Of a DNA stretch of 64,000 nt, positions 59,014-64,000 are shown piece by piece. The translations under genes and the position numbers were made by a program. Source of the stretch: Iphione sp. A-MEVVRFRX5 (Eukaryota); contig OZ320316.1 of assembly GCA_976226885.1 (NCBI GenBank), positions 95,294,001 through 95,358,000 on the forward strand. Reading direction: 5' to 3'. The notes below the pieces were generated by a model. The model searched no databases, had not been told where the DNA came from, and saw only the letters and a list, made by a program, of their open reading frames with translations. Numbering within the stretch: the first letter of the stretch is position 1; the number at the start of each line of letters is the position of its first letter.

Positions 59014-61405
59014 GGACATATTTAAACTAGTCTTCTTGAAGTCAGTATGCTAGTTATTAGAGGCACTGATGTGACATGGGACAAAAGGTGCAAGGAGAGG
59101 CTCACCATGTATTTTGGGACGGGGTCAAGCCAAGATGTTTTATAAACATCAACCTTCAAAATCTGGCGTTCACCTGTAGAGCCAACCAGAAAACATGGCT
59201 TGTGGTTGGGGTCTCTATGCAGTGAATCTCGGCCTTCAACTGCCACATGCAGACACAGGGGAGGAAGCTACTGCTATTAGGGTGTATCGACGCTGAGACA
59301 ACTAGGACTACATTATTTACTTTTTGTCATAGAAATATTAGCGAAAACTACGATATCTCAATGACCTGGTGTAAAGTTGTTTTTTGTTATATTTGACCAA
59401 CAGTTGTACTATTTTAGACTATTTTTATCGCACAATTGTGTACTTTGCTACGTTGTGACAAATGACCTGTGATTATTATGTACATTCCTGCACCATTATT
59501 TAACTTCTTTTCAAGACGTTTTATTGGAAAAAATAGAATCAAATCAAATCTTGATAACCCTGAGAACTGCTTAGGCTAATGTATATTTTTAACTGTATGC
59601 ATACATTGCATATCTGTAGCCTCACATTCATTTTTTTCTATGTTTGGCATTGCCAGACCAGATCCTTGTGACATGGTCGTCCTAGATGACTGTATTTTTA
59701 TATAATAGAGTATGACTGAAACAAAATGTTGAATTTGAGAAATAAATTCAGTTTGAAATAACAGAAATTAATATATGAGTTAAACCCTAAACATATCACC
59801 GAAGTGGGTCCCGTCAGGACAAGTTTGCAAGAGTGCAAAAGATATCACAGTAGTGGTAATAGCTAATAATAAACGGAAAAAGGTCTGCTTAAAGCAAATT
59901 CTGATAGTGATAAGATTGTTATATAAAACCAATACATAAAATACATAATAATCTGATGTAGGAAGTATTGAACAATAAACAGTCACTAAATTCTGTTATA
60001 TTGAAATGTGATGCATTGCACTTGATCAGGATTTGTGTGTACAGATGAATAAGTCTAGTAAAGTATGGCAAAGGTTTTTGATTTGATCAATAACTGAAGT
60101 AAGTTCTTTTCTGAATAGATCTTTTAGATTTTTTTACCTTTGAGCAAAGTGTCTAAAAGCATGATTCTGTTAATTAATTTTTACTTTCAAAAAAATTTGA
60201 TTGAAGTAGAATTATCAGCAAGTAAGACAATGACAATCATTTTAATCGTAAAGGGGAATTGATCTCTCCAGTTATATAGTTAAGTGCATATACGATATAG
60301 ATACACATATTCATCGTCTAGGTACAGAGAAATATAAAAGAATAGGATTTAAGGGTTAAATAGGGGCATAGAATAATAAATATATCTAACACAAATGAGA
60401 AAAATACTCAAATATGCTAAATACTTGAACATAAAAAAATAAAGTGTCTGAGATAAACATTGAACTATAACTCCATCCTTATCAGGGTATGCAGTGTAGA
60501 AACTATGAATCAATAACAATTACTAAGGCCATTTTTTAAAAATAAATTTACCAACTACCTGTCCATTTTACAGTAAAGCAAATCTACAGTTTCAGAGAGA
60601 TTTCGGGAATTTTATATCAGTTTTAAATGTTACTGGGGTAGATTTCACACAGTTTACAAATTTTGATTATAGAAATGATCAATTTAATCTAGCTCAACAT
60701 TACATTTTCCTTAAGTGCAAAAATATGCCCGCAGGTCTTAAGTAATACTTACTGTGTATAAGATGTAGAAGGTACTTGATGTTCTGCTTTCAAGTAATCT
60801 TTATTTGTTTCTACATTTAACTAAATATCACACATTTCAGATTTATCTCACCCTTTGGCATTTGATAGAGATATGATGCAATGCTTCAGAGATAGGCAGG
60901 GACATTGACGTTAACCAGCTGATAACTTTATCAAGATTTTTTGTATTCATATTGAGATTTTAATAATGTTTAACATTAAGTGTATGCTTTCTATAATCTC
61001 AAGGTTTTGCCAGTGATAAGATAAAACATTAAGAATATCTTTGTCTATTCAAAATAATCTGGAAGATTAATCAATTTGCCTCTCAAATATCCAAACATTA
61101 ATTCTAACATTCTTCAGGACTTACACATATCTTTGAAGTAAAACCTGCATACTTGATAATTTTTGATACACAAATATATATTCAACAAGCACTTTCGTCA
61201 CTTGCACTGGTTTTATACAAAAGACGGTGGGAGGGCAGTATTAGCCCTCAGTTCTGGTTAACTGCAAAAAGGCAAAGTGATACATCTCTCCAAATATTGG
61301 CAGATTTATACAGTATATGGGCAAATGTTTGCCATTACACTAGGCAGAGCTACTTTCAGGCAAAAATTTATATGGGTAGTGCAACTAGTGCATATTGTTC
61401 CCTTT

Positions 61406-64000
61406 TTACCTAGGGACCACATTAACTTTATAATTTGGTATGTCAATGTCAATTGTAGCTGTAAAACTTCTTGGGTCTGAATCAGGAAGCTTGTCTGGTG
61501 ATTCTGGTAGAATTTTAAAGCTTTGAATGAGTGAGGTCAGCAATAGAAAAAGACGATTTCTCGCAAAGTTCTCTCCAGGACACACTCGTCGGCTGCCACC
61601 AAATGGGAGTAGCCTGCAAATATAAATTTCATTTATATATTTGGATCATCTATAAATACATTTGCTGATATGCATCTTTAAGGTAAATTGCCAGTTACCT
61701 TTTCCTGTTGATGTGATCTGAAGAAACTAGTTGTCCATCTTTGTCCAGAAATCTCTCAGGTTGAAATGACCATGGTGAATCCCAGTAGTCTTCACTATGG
61801 TGCAGATTCCATAGATTAATAAGGACCTTAGAACATCAATAAATCAATAATATTGAATAGAAAATTTTACCAAGAATTTTTGTTTTAATTCTTCTGACGA
61901 ATTTATATTCATCTTGTTAAATTGGGAAATAATGCAATTAATAACGTGCAATTATGTGTCAAGCTGTTAAAATTATTTCTCAAACATTGATGAAGATAAC
62001 TGGGACAAAATTCATATGAGAAAGAAAAAAAAGTGATATTCTTGATCTGATTCTAGGTTATTACTTTTGTGTCCTTTGGGATGTAATATCCACCAATATT
62101 TGTATCCAACATGGTATAATGTGGCAAGTTGAGTGGAACAATTGAGCTATAGCGAAGGATCTCAAGAATAGTTGCCTCAGTATATGGGAATGATGATCTA
62201 TCAGCCAAACTTGGTGGTTGTCTTTGAATGACTCTGGAGATCTCATTAGCTATATTCTGTTGAACATCTTGCCTATTAACAAGGACAGTGACTAGGATGC
62301 CCATTGTTTCACTGGTTGTTGCTGTACCTGGATATTGATGAAGATAAAAAGCATTACTTCTAAGAGACTTAGGACTGCATCATTTAGTACTGCTCAAGTA
62401 GCAATATCACTGGATGTTTCTGTCGAGATTTTATTAATCTATAATAAAAACTTGCCCTGAGGGGATTAATCAAATGAAATCAAGTGAAATAATAGATGGA
62501 CCAGAATCTTTGAAATTTTCAATGTAGATATAGACGGGGTAATTTAAGCTTAGTTGCCTCGTTTATTATAGCATGCTAACTAGTCCACTTATTTTTTGCT
62601 TATTTAACCCTCTTCTGTATATTTTATCATATAGCATGTTTACAGGATAAAATTCACAATCACTTAGATAAATGGGGATTAGTGTTCACTCTTGTTTCTT
62701 TTAAAATGTAATTGAGAAGAGCATAGAAAAATTAATGCTTTGATAACAATAATCTCTCAACCCTGATCTGATTCACTTCATTTTGTATAGCATAACAACT
62801 TGGTGTAAGTATCATTAACTTTATTCCCTCAAAAAAGAAGGTGTGTCTAAAATCATTTTCTTGCCTTTAATAACTGCTTTCTAATCAAGTGGAGGTATGT
62901 CAAAGTTGTTATAACCCTTTGAACTGCACCATGATAATAATAGGATACACCCGGCTGTCTTATAGCTAAACTTCATTATATCATATTTTTAAGTTAAATT
63001 TGATTTATTTGATTCTTTTCATTCATCCAGGCTATCATTTGAAAAACTTGGCAATGGTCTAACATTTATTTTTACAAATGATAGCTATTCTTCAGCATAG
63101 ATATTAAGTTGAGTTTCCTGGAACTTTTCCGCTACTAGCTTATTGGTATGCAATGAGAAGTCCTTTTGTATTCTTGTACTTAAGAAAGCTTGTCTTGATA
63201 TAAATTAAATGTAAGGTTCTATTTACCTCATCCATACAAAATATACAACATACCTGCAAAAATTATATTTCCTATAATTCCTTTTATATCATCATTGCTT
63301 AGTTGCAAGTCTGATTGTTTCTCATTTGCAATCCTCTGTTCATCAAAAAGACCATCAAGAAAGCATTGAGGGTCACCTGGCAGATACTTCTCCTGAATGA
63401 AAGGTATAGATGATTTTATACATTTAAATGATAATAAACTAACATTAAGTCAGTGTTGATATTCCAATATTCCTCATATACTTTCCTTTCACCACCACAT
63501 TAAAAAATGTTATGCATTGTCAATAATTAGTAAATCATATAAACTTCATGAGAGTTTGTGAAGAATATATATAAAGAAATATATGTAGAAAAATATACAC
63601 CTTTCTTTCAAAGATTTCAGTCAGATACCAATCATCCATCCGTTTACGAGTCTTATACATGCTCTTTACCATTGATAGTGGCAAAAACCTTAACCAAGGG
63701 AAATAATCAAAGATAGCATAGTTCCCTTCAGGTGCAACTATGATTTGTAGTTCTTCTTCCAAATCTGCCAACATTGCCACCTTTTCTTTTGTTTCCTCTT
63801 TTCCATATACCTTGAATAGAAAAATCAATTAGTTTTTCTCTATACTTACAAGCATACAGATAATGACCTCTATACAATTCCTAACTTATAATGTATAATG
63901 ATAATGTAAATGATATCATCCTGCTGTTCAATGATAATAATCATCAAGATGATTAAGTATTTGCTTACAAGAGAAGTTATAATAGCTGTTGTGCATCGAT
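61406..64000 (-). CDS. Cytochrome P450 paralog C (5' end outside window; part of exon 3 to exon 8)
   Basis: Exons >64000-63969, 63810-63601, 63392-63254, 62327-62065, 61826-61699, 61613-61406; GT-AG; same sizes as paralog B; EILR, PERF and [15 protein letters not shown] motifs. Confidence 0.92.

Overview
Animal genomic DNA: AT-rich, spliceosomal introns, probably an invertebrate, with two N-gaps. The species cannot be identified from the sequence. The window has three main contents. (1) A full-length, apparently intact 8,610-bp Ty3/Gypsy LTR retrotransposon (2165-10774, +). It has 215-bp LTRs that look identical by eye, an ATAC target-site duplication, a tRNA-Leu PBS, a PPT, gag, a -1 frameshift signal and PR-RT-RH-IN. 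Unusually, the pol frame runs on for about 900 codons past integrase. This extension carries a two-finger C2H2 module whose recognition helices (RHANLLR, RRDDFRR) predict the site 5'-GCG GAG-3'. That hexamer is clustered about 32 times (hand count) in the LTRs, the gag 5' region and a second, internal TATA/Inr promoter that copies the LTR promoter and lies just upstream of a strong-Kozak ATG opening the zinc-finger protein. This looks like a self-regulating retrotransposon encoding its own transcription factor, and it is the main candidate for novelty. (2) A minus-strand tandem cluster of three clan-2-like (CYP1/CYP17/CYP21-like) cytochrome P450 genes with 8 coding exons. Two are complete and one runs off the window end. 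All share non-canonical catalytic motifs. (3) Many transposon relics: a CR1/L2-group LINE with two nonsense codons inside an 8-kb CYP intron, two pogo/Tigger relics, older LINE fragments, MITEs and microsatellites. All coordinates and counts were derived by hand.
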